The position numbers were made by a program, and so were the translations under genes. Below the pieces are notes generated by a model, which had not been told where the DNA came from, ran no database searches, and saw only the letters and a list, made by a program, of their open reading frames with translations. A stretch of 64,000 bases of DNA from Candidatus Microgenomates bacterium (lineage in GTDB: Bacteria; Patescibacteriota; Microgenomatia; Levybacterales; UBA12049): positions 2,471-66,470 of the forward strand of contig JANWKV010000017.1 in assembly GCA_025451195.1 (NCBI GenBank), given 5' to 3'. This document shows, piece by piece, positions 18,434 to 27,817 of the stretch (within the stretch, counting starts at the first letter, position 1; every line of letters starts with the position of its first letter).

Positions 18434-19276
18434 ATGATTTCAACTAAATTACGAAGAAAAATTATAATTGCAGGGCCTTGTGGGGCAGAAACAAAGGAAC
18501 AAATTGAAGATTCTGTGCGTGAAGCTAAGAATCTCCAGGTTGATTTTTTACGGGTAAATCTTTGGAAGCCACGCACAAAACCAGGTTTTGAAGGATTACA
18601 AAAAGAGGGATTGGAACTTATGATCGCGGCCGCAAAAGCCGGAATTACACCTGGCACAGAAGTTATCATGCCTCAGCATGCAAAACTTGTTATAAAACAT
18701 GTGCTGGCGGCAACAAAAAACGGTAAAGTGCTTATCTGGATTGGAGCGCGCAACCAGAACCATTTTATCCAAAGAGAAATATCAAAAATTGCATCCAAAA
18801 ACAACAGAGTTATTCTTATGGTAAAAAATCAAATCTGGCATAACGAAAAACACTGGGAAGGAATTGTGGAACATATCATGTCAGGCGGGATTAAGAAGGA
18901 AAACCTGTTACTTTGCCATAGGGGATTTGCGCCAATTGGAGAAAATCCAAACGGCTACAGGAATGTTCCGGATTTTGACATGGCAATGAGAATAAAAGAA
19001 AAAACGGGAATTCCCATGATTTTTGATCCATCCCATACAGGAGGAAGTATTGAAAAAGTATTTAAAATTTCACAAGAGGCGGATAACTTCGACTTTGACG
19101 GATACATGGTAGAAGTTCATCCAAATCCTAAACAAGCCTTGTCTGATGCAGATCAGCAATTAACATGGACTCAATTTAAATTGTTGCTCAAAGATCTATA
19201 TAATAGAAGAGTGGAGAAAACCAAAAGCCCTGATAAATTTTTAAGTAAAATTATTTATGAAAAAATTGTTAATTAA
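18434..19276 (+). CDS. 3-deoxy-D-arabino-heptulosonate-7-phosphate synthase (DAHP synthase), type I-beta, unfused
   Basis: IIAGPCGAE, KPRTKP, IGARN, LCHRG, DPSH and VEVHPNP…ALSD motifs are of the DAHP synthase/KDO8P synthase I-beta family. KPRT (not the KANRSS of KDO8PS) and the aro context favour DAHP synthase. Confidence 0.8.
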   Translation: MISTKLRRKIIIAGPCGAETKEQIEDSVREAKNLQVDFLRVNLWKPRTKPGFEGLQKEGLELMIAAAKAGITPGTEVIMPQHAKLVIKHVLAATKNGKVLIWIGARNQNHFIQREISKIASKNNRVILMVKNQIWHNEKHWEGIVEHIMSGGIKKENLLLCHRGFAPIGENPNGYRNVPDFDMAMRIKEKTGIPMIFDPSHTGGSIEKVFKISQEADNFDFDGYMVEVHPNPKQALSDADQQLTWTQFKLLLKDLYNRRVEKTKSPDKFLSKIIYEKIVN

Positions 19277-20342
19277 CATTAAAGAGCAAAAGCAGGTTTC
19301 TTATCCGATTTTTATTGGAGAGGATATCCTTTTTAAAATAACGTCTCTTTGTGATTTGTCTAAATATTCAAAAATTGCCGTTGTAACCGATAAAGTAGTA
19401 GAAAAATTACTTCTTAAAAATTCAAGGCAGTTTTTGCCGGAAAATTCTTTTATTATCGTTTTACCATATGGTGAAAGAGCAAAAAATATAGACTGTGTTG
19501 AAGAAATATGGAGGGAATTATTTGAAAACGGATGTGACAGAAAATCAATTGTTATAAATATCGGCGGGGGAGTAATTACAGATATCGGCGGATTTGCGGC
19601 AAGTACTTACATGCGTGGAATTCCATTTATAAATGCACCGACAACTCTTCTTTCTCAGGTTGATGCAAGTATTGGCGGAAAAACAGGAATAAATTTTAAT
19701 GAAATAAAAAATCTGGTTGGCACTTTTGACCAACCAAAAGCAATTATTATTGATACCTCTGTTTTGAAAACTTTGCCGGAAAGAGAATTTGTTTCAGGAT
19801 TTGGGGAAATAATTAAACATGGTCTTATTTCGGATAAAAATTATTTTGAATACGTTACCTCAAAAAAGCCTTATGAATTTACACAGGAAGAACTGGTTGG
19901 AATTATCGAAAAATCCTGCGAACTAAAAGGATCGTTTGTAGGAGAGGACGAGAAAGAAGGAGAATTAAGAAAAACTATAAATTTTGGCCATACTATTGGC
20001 CATGCTCTGGAAAGCTTAAGTTTTGAGACAGACAAACCGCTTACTCATGGCGAAGCAATAAGCATTGGCATGGTTGCAGAATCTTACATTTCGGTTTTTA
20101 CGAATTTATTAAAAGAAAACGAAATTGGAATAATTAAAAATGGCTTTGTTCATGCGGGCTTGCCAATAAGTTACAAGAACATCGATGAAAAAAGGGTTTT
20201 GGAAAAAATTAAGGGCGATAAAAAAAATGAGAGAGGATTAACAAATTTTACTCTTTTACGGGGAATTGGAAAATCTTTAATAAATCAGAAAGTTAGTTCA
20301 AAAATAATACTTGATGCACTTAAAAAAATAAATGAACTATGA
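19257..20342 (+). CDS. aroB: 3-dehydroquinate synthase
   Basis: GGGVITDIGGFAASTYMRGIPFINAPTTLLSQVDASIGGKTGIN. Confidence 0.85.
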   Translation: MKKLLINIKEQKQVSYPIFIGEDILFKITSLCDLSKYSKIAVVTDKVVEKLLLKNSRQFLPENSFIIVLPYGERAKNIDCVEEIWRELFENGCDRKSIVINIGGGVITDIGGFAASTYMRGIPFINAPTTLLSQVDASIGGKTGINFNEIKNLVGTFDQPKAIIIDTSVLKTLPEREFVSGFGEIIKHGLISDKNYFEYVTSKKPYEFTQEELVGIIEKSCELKGSFVGEDEKEGELRKTINFGHTIGHALESLSFETDKPLTHGEAISIGMVAESYISVFTNLLKENEIGIIKNGFVHAGLPISYKNIDEKRVLEKIKGDKKNERGLTNFTLLRGIGKSLINQKVSSKIILDALKKINEL

Positions 20343-22132
20343 ATATAGAATTATTACCGTTAAAAAATCCCGCGAACATACGGATTAAAATTCCCGGTTC
20401 TAAAAGTTATACAAATAGAGCTCTTATTTTAGCATCTCTTACAAAAGGCGTTGTAGAAATAATAAATCCGCTTTTTTCCGATGATACAAATGCAATGATT
20501 GATTGCCTAAAAACTCTTGGGATAAAAATAAACATTCAGCCGGAAAAAATTGTAGTAGCGGGAGATATTTCTGATGTAAAAAATTCCAGATTTATTCTTA
20601 ATGCAAATTTATCGGCAACTACGATAAGATTTATTTTAGCTCTTTGCTATTTAACAAAAGGTGAAAAAATCTTAACTGGAAAACCAGGACTTTTAATGCG
20701 CCCAATTAAAGACTTGGTTGACGGCTTGAAAAAACTGGGCGCAAAAATTGTATACCTTGATAAAAAAGGTTTTCCTCCTGTAAAAGTTTTCCCAATGGTA
20801 TCGGTAATGAAAACAAAAAACATAAAACTAAATGGAAACATAAGCAGTCAATTCTTATCCGCACTGCTTATGACAGCACCTATTCTCGGAGAAATAAAAA
20901 TTGAAGTAGGAAATCTCACATCTATTCCATATGTTGATATGACAATCGAAATGTTAAACCGGTTTGGTATTAATGTTGTAAATGAAAATTACAAAAAATT
21001 TATTGTATTTAAAGATCAAACTTATAAAGCAAACGCTGTTATGATCGAAGGGGATTATTCAAGCGCAACATATTTTGCGGCTGCCGCCGCTATTACAAAA
21101 TCAACGGTGGTTTTAGAAAACCTTAAAACACCTTCTAAACAGGCGGATGCAAAATTTTTTAAAATTCTTGAGGAAATGGGAAATAAAATTACAAGAAAAT
21201 CAAGTGAAATTACCGTTGAAGGAAAAGGCGTTAAGCCTGTTACGGTTGATATGAAAGATTGTCCTGATAGTATCCAAACTTTAGCTGTTTTATCGTCTTT
21301 TGCCAAGGGGCAAACAAAAATTTCCGGGATCCAAACACTGAAGTTTAAAGAAACAAACAGAGTCAACGCAATCGCCAGCCAGTTAAAGAAAATGAAAATT
21401 AAAACAGAAGTTATAAAAAATGTATTAATAATTTATGGAGGAAACCCAAAATCGGCAATTATAAAAACTTATGATGACCATAGAATGGCAATGTCTTTTG
21501 CGGTTGTTGGAAGCAAATTAAATGGAATTATTATAGAAAATCCTAAAGTTGTTGACAAAACTTTTCCATTATTTTGGGAAGAAATTAAAAAATTAGGGAT
21601 TGGCATAAAAAAAATAGAACCGTCTAAACTTGTTCTAATTGGATTTATGGGAGCGGGAAAAAGCTCTGTTGCGCCTCTTTTGGCCAAAAAACTTAACAAA
21701 GAGGCAGTGGAAATGGATCTTATTATAGCTAAAAAGGCAAAAAGAGAGTCAGTTGCTCAAATTTTTGAAAAAGACGGTGAGAAAACTTTCAGATTATTAG
21801 AACTAAAGACAGCAAAAAAGCTCGAGCAAAAAAAAGATATTGTTATTTCAACGGGCGGGGGAGTGATTATGAATAGCAAACTCATGGAACATCTAAAAAA
21901 AGACAGTCTTGTTGTTTTTTTAGATACCGAATTTGAGACTATAAAAAAACGTCTCGCGGATTTTTCTGATAGACCATTATGGAAAAATGAGAAAAAGACG
22001 AAAGAACTTTTTGACACCAGACTTCCTCTTTATTATAAGTACTCTGACTTTATCGTAAAAACAGATGGAAAGTCTTTAGGAATGATTGTTAACGAAGTTA
22101 ATGAAGTTTTTGAAAACTTAGAAAGCTTATGA
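20339..22132 (+). CDS. aroA: Bifunctional EPSP synthase (N-terminal ~425 aa) / shikimate kinase (C-terminal ~165 aa)
   Basis: N-terminus KIPGSKSYTNRALILASL (EPSPS). C-terminus LIGFMGAGKSSVAPLLAKKL…ISTGGGVI (shikimate kinase Walker A and core). Confidence 0.85.
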   Translation: MNIELLPLKNPANIRIKIPGSKSYTNRALILASLTKGVVEIINPLFSDDTNAMIDCLKTLGIKINIQPEKIVVAGDISDVKNSRFILNANLSATTIRFILALCYLTKGEKILTGKPGLLMRPIKDLVDGLKKLGAKIVYLDKKGFPPVKVFPMVSVMKTKNIKLNGNISSQFLSALLMTAPILGEIKIEVGNLTSIPYVDMTIEMLNRFGINVVNENYKKFIVFKDQTYKANAVMIEGDYSSATYFAAAAAITKSTVVLENLKTPSKQADAKFFKILEEMGNKITRKSSEITVEGKGVKPVTVDMKDCPDSIQTLAVLSSFAKGQTKISGIQTLKFKETNRVNAIASQLKKMKIKTEVIKNVLIIYGGNPKSAIIKTYDDHRMAMSFAVVGSKLNGIIIENPKVVDKTFPLFWEEIKKLGIGIKKIEPSKLVLIGFMGAGKSSVAPLLAKKLNKEAVEMDLIIAKKAKRESVAQIFEKDGEKTFRLLELKTAKKLEQKKDIVISTGGGVIMNSKLMEHLKKDSLVVFLDTEFETIKKRLADFSDRPLWKNEKKTKELFDTRLPLYYKYSDFIVKTDGKSLGMIVNEVNEVFENLESL

Positions 22133-22962
22133 ATATAACAGCAACAACTAAAATTTGTTTGGTGATTGGAGACCCGGTTAATCATTCACTCTCTCCTCAA
22201 ATGCACAATACAGCATACGCCGCACTGGGTATTGATGATAAATTTATTCATCTGGCAGCAGAAATAAAAATTGAGAATATTGGCGAAATTGTTAAAGCAG
22301 TAAGACTCCTTAAGATAAGAGGCCTCACGTGCACAATTCCGCATAAGATTACAATCATGAAATACCTGGATAAAATCGACGGAGTCGCGAAAAAGATAGG
22401 CGCGGCAAATTCCATCGTAAATAATAATGGAGTTTTAACGGGATTCAATACTGATTGGGTCGGAGTTTCAAAATCGTTTGAAAATGTAACGCGTGTTAAG
22501 AATAAAAAGGCAGCAGTTATCGGATCCGGAGGGGCAGCAAGGGCGTTTATTTATGCTCTTACCGTAGGCGGAGCAAAAGTAACTGTTTTTACAAGAAACA
22601 TAAAAAATGTTAAAAGTCTTTCTGATGAGTTTGGAGTAAAAATTAAATCTTTTGAACAAATTAGTGAAATTGTAGATGAAGAAATAGTTTGCAACGCAAC
22701 GCCGGTTGGGATGTATCCAAAAATTGATGATTCTATTATTCCTAAAGAATATATAAAGAGAAACCATATTATATTTGACGCTGTTTACAATCCTTTCGAA
22801 ACAAAATTACTAAAAGAGTCGTTGGATAAAGGCGCGACTATTATTCATGGGTATAAAATGCTTCTATTTGAGGCAGCAGAAAAGTTCAAATTGTATACGG
22901 GCTATGACGCTCCAATTGATGTAATGGAAAATGAATTACTTAAAAATTTACAAAATCTATGA
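22129..22962 (+). CDS. aroE: Shikimate 5-dehydrogenase
   Basis: GDPVNHSLSPQMHN substrate-binding motif; GSGGAARA Rossmann fold. Confidence 0.85.
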   Translation: MNITATTKICLVIGDPVNHSLSPQMHNTAYAALGIDDKFIHLAAEIKIENIGEIVKAVRLLKIRGLTCTIPHKITIMKYLDKIDGVAKKIGAANSIVNNNGVLTGFNTDWVGVSKSFENVTRVKNKKAAVIGSGGAARAFIYALTVGGAKVTVFTRNIKNVKSLSDEFGVKIKSFEQISEIVDEEIVCNATPVGMYPKIDDSIIPKEYIKRNHIIFDAVYNPFETKLLKESLDKGATIIHGYKMLLFEAAEKFKLYTGYDAPIDVMENELLKNLQNL

Positions 22963-23636
22963 TTGCAAAATTTTGCTTACCGATTTTAGTAAAAACTAAA
23001 AAAGAAGTTCTGAAAAAAATTACTGAAAATAAAAACCAGTACGATATGTTTGAAGTCTGGATAAGTTCTTTAAAAGAACCTTTTCCGGTTATTCTGGACT
23101 TGATTCAGAACCTTTCTAAAGAACTTCAAGGAAAACTTATAATTGTTTTCAGAGACCGCAACGGAAAAGTTATAATGGAAAAAGACAAAAAGGAAAATAT
23201 ACTTTCTCTTTGTAATAATTCCAAAGTTTTGGTTGATATAGATTTTGAAAACCAAAAAGAAGATTTACAGTTTATAAATATAAACAAGTTAAAAATAAAA
23301 ATTCTCCTTTCTTACCATAACTTTGAAGAGACTCCACATAATTTAATAGAAATAATTGATAGAATGGAAAAAATAAAACCGGAAATAATAAAACTCGCAA
23401 CCAAATGCAATAGCAACACAGATTCGATTAAATTACTTGGACTTTTACTGTTTTGTAAAAAGCGAGGTCTTAAATGCATTGTTTTGGGAATGGGAAAATT
23501 TGGAGTTATTACAAGAATATTTGGCTCTTTATGGGGAAATGAAATCGTTTTTGCGCCGGTTGAAAAAAGGCAAGCAAGCGCATCTGGACAATTAACAGTC
23601 GGACAACTTAAAGATATTTTTGCTATATTAAAATAA
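22959..23636 (+). CDS. aroD: 3-dehydroquinate dehydratase, type I
   Basis: Aligns with type I AroD: SYHNFEETP, catalytic-Lys context LGMGKFGVITRIFG, C-terminus ASASGQLTVGQLKDI. Confidence 0.8.
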   Translation: MIAKFCLPILVKTKKEVLKKITENKNQYDMFEVWISSLKEPFPVILDLIQNLSKELQGKLIIVFRDRNGKVIMEKDKKENILSLCNNSKVLVDIDFENQKEDLQFININKLKIKILLSYHNFEETPHNLIEIIDRMEKIKPEIIKLATKCNSNTDSIKLLGLLLFCKKRGLKCIVLGMGKFGVITRIFGSLWGNEIVFAPVEKRQASASGQLTVGQLKDIFAILK

Positions 23637-23638
23637 CT

Positions 23639-24724
23639 ATGCCGGGAAATACATTTGGACAATTGTTTAGAGTTACAACTTTTGGTGAATCGCACGGAGG
23701 GTGTGTAGGGTGTGTCGTGGATGGGTGCCCTCCGGGTCTTTCTATATCTGTTGGGGAAATTCAAAAAGAATTGGACAGAAGAAAACCCGGTCAAAGCGCA
23801 ATAACTTCTCCCAGAAAAGAAGAGGACGAAATAGAAATTTTGTCGGGGATTTTCGAAGGAAAGACAACTGGTACTCCAATTTTACTCCTTGCCAAAAATA
23901 AAGACATGAAGCCAGAGGATTATTCAGAACTTTCAAAACTTTACAGACCCGGTCATGCAGATTATACATTTGAAAAAAAATACGGGCTTCGTGACCCAAG
24001 GGGGAGCGGCCGTGCATCGGCTAGGGAAACCTTGGCACGCGTTGCGGCAGGAGCAATTGCTAAAAAATTTCTTAAAGAAAAATTAGGGATAGAAATATTA
24101 AGCTTTGTTGAACAAGTTGGAGAAATTAAAACAAACATTGATTTTAATCATGTTACTTCAGAGCAAATTGAGTCAAACGAAATCCGCTGCCCGGACATTG
24201 ATATTGCCGGACAAATGATAAGCCTTATCGAGAAAGTAAGAGATGAGGGAGACTCAGTAGGAGGAGTCGTAAGAGGTATTATTAAAAATGTCCCGGTCGG
24301 ACTTGGTGAACCGGTCTTTGACAAACTACCCGCAGATTTGAGTAAAGCTATGATGAGTATTAATGCGACAAAGGGATTTGAATTCGGATCCGGTTTTGAA
24401 GGAGTAAAGAAAAAAGGGAGCGAACATAACGACGAGTTTGAAGTTGATGAAAAAGGCAACGTTAAAACAAAAACAAATAATGCGGGCGGGACTTTAGGCG
24501 GAATTTCAGACGGTCAGCCTATTTATTTTAGAGTTGCATTTAAACCCGTTTCTACAATAAAAAAGAAGCAAAAAACAATAAACAGAAATAACCAAAACGT
24601 TGAACTTGAAGCCAGTGGACGCCATGATCCTTGCGTTCTGCCAAGAGCAGTCCCAATTGTTGATGCAATGGCGGCACTTACTGTTATGGATCACTACCTT
24701 CGTCACAAAGCTCAGAATTTATGA
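23639..24724 (+). CDS. aroC: Chorismate synthase
   Basis: GQLFRVTTFGESHG, RPGHADYT, GRHDPCV motifs. Confidence 0.9.
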   Translation: MPGNTFGQLFRVTTFGESHGGCVGCVVDGCPPGLSISVGEIQKELDRRKPGQSAITSPRKEEDEIEILSGIFEGKTTGTPILLLAKNKDMKPEDYSELSKLYRPGHADYTFEKKYGLRDPRGSGRASARETLARVAAGAIAKKFLKEKLGIEILSFVEQVGEIKTNIDFNHVTSEQIESNEIRCPDIDIAGQMISLIEKVRDEGDSVGGVVRGIIKNVPVGLGEPVFDKLPADLSKAMMSINATKGFEFGSGFEGVKKKGSEHNDEFEVDEKGNVKTKTNNAGGTLGGISDGQPIYFRVAFKPVSTIKKKQKTINRNNQNVELEASGRHDPCVLPRAVPIVDAMAALTVMDHYLRHKAQNL

Positions 24725-25473
24725 ATATGGATTCGATAGAAAGTAAAACTATTGGTGTTATTGGATTTGGAAATTTTGGCAAAGTAATTTGTAAATATTT
24801 ATTTCCAAAAAATAAAATTGCCGTTTATTCTAACGAACTAAATAATGTTAACCCTTTCAATAACTGTAAGCCTTGTGGATCTTTAAAAGATCTTGTAAAT
24901 TCCGCGGATATTATTATTCCCGCCATACCTATAAAAAAATTTGAGGAAGTAATAAAACAAATTTCCTCAACAATAGCAGAAAACCAAATTGTGATGGAAA
25001 TATGTTCCGTAATGGAATATCCTGTTGAAGTTATGAAAAAATACCTTCCGGAAAATTCAAAAATGATCGCTTCCCATCCGATGTTTGGCCCAAATTCAAT
25101 TCAAAAAAATAAAAACATTCTAAATGGTTTTAAAATTGTGTTATCAAACATTTCTTTGGATAAAAATTTGTATTCTCTTTTTAAAAACTATTTTTTAAAC
25201 CTCAACCTGAACGTGGTTGAATTAAGCCCGGTAGAACACGATGAATATTCTGCAAAATCGCAATTCTTTGCGCTGCTGATTGGCCAGATTGCGCAAGATT
25301 TACATCTTAAAAAAACACAAATTGATACACCTGGCGCAAATGCAATATTTGACTCCATACCTTTTATGGGACCGGACAGAGAAATAATTGAGGACATGAT
25401 AACATACAATAAATTTTGCAGTAAGATCCATAAAGAAATTGTTACTGTTTTAGACGGTTTGAAAAACTCATGA
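24721..25473 (+). CDS. tyrA: Prephenate/arogenate dehydrogenase
   Basis: IGVIGFGNFGK Rossmann fold, HPMFGP motif. Sits between aroC and pheA. Confidence 0.65.
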   Translation: MNMDSIESKTIGVIGFGNFGKVICKYLFPKNKIAVYSNELNNVNPFNNCKPCGSLKDLVNSADIIIPAIPIKKFEEVIKQISSTIAENQIVMEICSVMEYPVEVMKKYLPENSKMIASHPMFGPNSIQKNKNILNGFKIVLSNISLDKNLYSLFKNYFLNLNLNVVELSPVEHDEYSAKSQFFALLIGQIAQDLHLKKTQIDTPGANAIFDSIPFMGPDREIIEDMITYNKFCSKIHKEIVTVLDGLKNS

Positions 25474-26297
25474 CTAATGTTTATTTCTTAGGGCCTGAAA
25501 AATCATTTAGCGAAATAATTACAAAAAAAGTTCTTGATTCAAATCTTTATATTTTTACTCCTTGCAAATCTTTTATAGAGATCGGTGAAAAAGTTTTGGA
25601 AGATAAGGGTTCTGTTGGCGTTTTGCCGATCGAAAATTCCATAACAAGCGACATTCATGAAAATATAGATTTTTTATTCAAAAACAATTTAAACATCGTA
25701 AAAGAAGCATATCTTAATATTAACCTGCATTTAATTGGACTAAAGGCAAGCAAATTAGAAAATATAAAAACAGTATTGTCCCATCCCAGGGCAATTTTAC
25801 AATGCACAAATTTTATAAAAAAACATAATTTTCAACTGGTTGAAACCCTTAGCACCGCGGGAGCAAAAAATATTTTAGAAAAAAATAAAAATCAGAGCCA
25901 AGCATTAATTGGCAGTAAAGAATTGGTAAAAAATGAAGATCAATTTATTATTCTCAAAGAAAATATAGGAAACATTAAATTTAACAGGACCCGTTTTGCA
26001 TTCGTAAGTTCAAAGGATAAAGAAAATATGGGCAATAAAGCTTCCATAGCATTTAAGGTTTTACACAAACCAGGATCTTTAGCTAAGATTTTTTCAGTGA
26101 TTGCCGAAAAAAACCTAAACGTTGATAAAATTGAATCACGCCCAATCCCCGGTACAAATTGGGAGTATTATTTTTGGGTTGATATTGAATCTCATGAAAA
26201 TCTAAAAATAGCTAAAATCGATGAGATTTTTAAACAAAATACTCTAGAATATATTATACTTGGGGTGTATAAGAGAGGAGAAGTTTTCGAAAGTTAA
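25470..26297 (+). CDS. pheA: Prephenate dehydratase with a C-terminal ACT domain
   Basis: PDT domain (VYFLGPEKSFSE…) and ACT domain (ASIAFKVLHKPGSLAKI). Confidence 0.8.
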   Translation: MTNVYFLGPEKSFSEIITKKVLDSNLYIFTPCKSFIEIGEKVLEDKGSVGVLPIENSITSDIHENIDFLFKNNLNIVKEAYLNINLHLIGLKASKLENIKTVLSHPRAILQCTNFIKKHNFQLVETLSTAGAKNILEKNKNQSQALIGSKELVKNEDQFIILKENIGNIKFNRTRFAFVSSKDKENMGNKASIAFKVLHKPGSLAKIFSVIAEKNLNVDKIESRPIPGTNWEYYFWVDIESHENLKIAKIDEIFKQNTLEYIILGVYKRGEVFES

Positions 26298-26299
26298 CT

Positions 26300-26560
26300 A
26301 TGAACGAATTGAAAGATTTAAGAAAAGAAATAGATGCCATTGATAACCATTTGCTGGATCTTATTCAGAAAAGACTTATTGTTATGAAACAAACGGGCGA
26401 TGCAAAAAAAAGATTAGGTAAATCTTTAAAAGATGAAAAAAGAGAAAAAGAAAAAATTTCTCTTCTTGAAAAAAGGTCTAAAGAACTTGGAATTCCTGTT
26501 AGAATAGTTTTAAAAATTTGGCAAATATTTTTTCGCAACTCAGAAGAGATAGAAAAGTAA
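26300..26560 (+). CDS. Chorismate mutase (AroQ class, monofunctional)
   Basis: 86 aa; LRKEIDAIDNHLLDLIQKRL… matches the CM_2 helical fold. Confidence 0.75.
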   Translation: MNELKDLRKEIDAIDNHLLDLIQKRLIVMKQTGDAKKRLGKSLKDEKREKEKISLLEKRSKELGIPVRIVLKIWQIFFRNSEEIEK

Positions 26561-26589
26561 ATAATATAAATGATATACTCAAAAAGCAA

Positions 26590-27813
26590 ATGGACAAAAT
26601 AGAAGAATTATTAACAAGAGGTGTTGACAAAGTTTATCCCACGAAAGAAGATTTGGAAAAAGTTCTCCGCTCAGGTAAAAAACTTACACTTTATCAAGGA
26701 TTTGACCCAACTGGCACCCAGCTTCATTTAGGCCACATTGTGGGACTTAGAAAATTAAAACAATGGCAAAACCTAGGACATCATGTAATTTTTTTAATTG
26801 GTGACGGAACAGGTCAGGCAGGCGATCCATCAGGTAAACTAAAATCAAGAGAAAGATTTTTCACAACAGACGAACTTCGCAAAAATGCACTGGATTACGT
26901 AAAGCAGGCCTCAAAGATTGTAAATTTTGAAGGTGATAACCCCATTGAAATTAAATATAACGGCGATTGGCTTAATAAATTAAACTTAACAAAGCTTCTT
27001 GATCTTGCTGGACATTTTACAGTACAACAAATGATAGAACGCGACATGTTTCAAAAACGGATAAAAGAAAATGCGTCGATAAATTTAAGGGAATTTTTAT
27101 ATCCCTTGCTGCAAGGATATGATTCTGTCGCAATGAACGTTGATTTGGAACTAGGTGGCACAGACCAAACTTTTAATATGCTTGCGGGACGCCAATTGGT
27201 AAAAGATTACTTACAAAAAGAAAAATTTGTCATGACAACCCCGCTTCTCACAGATTCCAAGGGTACAAAAATCGGCAAATCAGAAGGAAATGTTATAGCC
27301 CTTATAGACAAACCCGGAGACTTGTTTGGAAAAGTTATGACGCTACCTGATGATGTTATCGCAAAAGCTTTTGAATACTTAACTGATATTCCAATGGAAG
27401 ACATAAAAAAGATTAGCGAAGACATGAGCAAAGGAATAAATCCTGTTAATCATAAGAAAGAACTTGCGTTTGAGATTGTTAAACAACTTAATGATGATCT
27501 ATCCGCAAACAAAGCCCAAGAAGAATTTGAGAAAGTAATACAAAATAAAGAGCAGCCATCGGAACTCAAAATTTCTGTATTTGATGAGTCTTTCGCGTCA
27601 GAGGCTTCTATTGCAGCAGCAATGACAGCTACAGGAACGGCATCAAGTATTTCAGATGCAAAAAGGACTGCAGAACAAGGTGGTGTTAGTATTAATGGAG
27701 AGTTAATTAAAGACGTAAATGTTCCTTTCAACCAATACTTAAACGAAGATGAAATCATAATAAAAAGAGGCAAACATAATATTGTTAAAGTTAAAATCGA
27801 TAAGAAAAAGTAA
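26590..27813 (+). CDS. tyrS: Tyrosyl-tRNA synthetase. The start is taken at ATG 26590; the ORF track's 26518 start overlaps the chorismate mutase gene.
   Basis: HLGH (HIGH) and KIGKS (KMSKS) motifs; C-terminal S4 domain. Confidence 0.85.
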   Translation: MDKIEELLTRGVDKVYPTKEDLEKVLRSGKKLTLYQGFDPTGTQLHLGHIVGLRKLKQWQNLGHHVIFLIGDGTGQAGDPSGKLKSRERFFTTDELRKNALDYVKQASKIVNFEGDNPIEIKYNGDWLNKLNLTKLLDLAGHFTVQQMIERDMFQKRIKENASINLREFLYPLLQGYDSVAMNVDLELGGTDQTFNMLAGRQLVKDYLQKEKFVMTTPLLTDSKGTKIGKSEGNVIALIDKPGDLFGKVMTLPDDVIAKAFEYLTDIPMEDIKKISEDMSKGINPVNHKKELAFEIVKQLNDDLSANKAQEEFEKVIQNKEQPSELKISVFDESFASEASIAAAMTATGTASSISDAKRTAEQGGVSINGELIKDVNVPFNQYLNEDEIIIKRGKHNIVKVKIDKKK

Positions 27814-27817
27814 TTAT

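Noticed and set aside
18343-18669. 108-aa minus-strand ORF overlapping the aro leader/terminator and the DAHP synthase start
   Set aside because: It lies antisense to a well-supported gene and to the terminator hairpin. The palindromic GC-rich terminator generates an open frame on both strands. It has no RBS and no recognisable protein features.
26518-26589. Upstream tyrS start at 26518 overlapping chorismate mutase by 43 bp
   Set aside because: The conserved TyrRS N-terminus begins near MDKIEELL. The extension would be translated from within the chorismate mutase gene in another frame.
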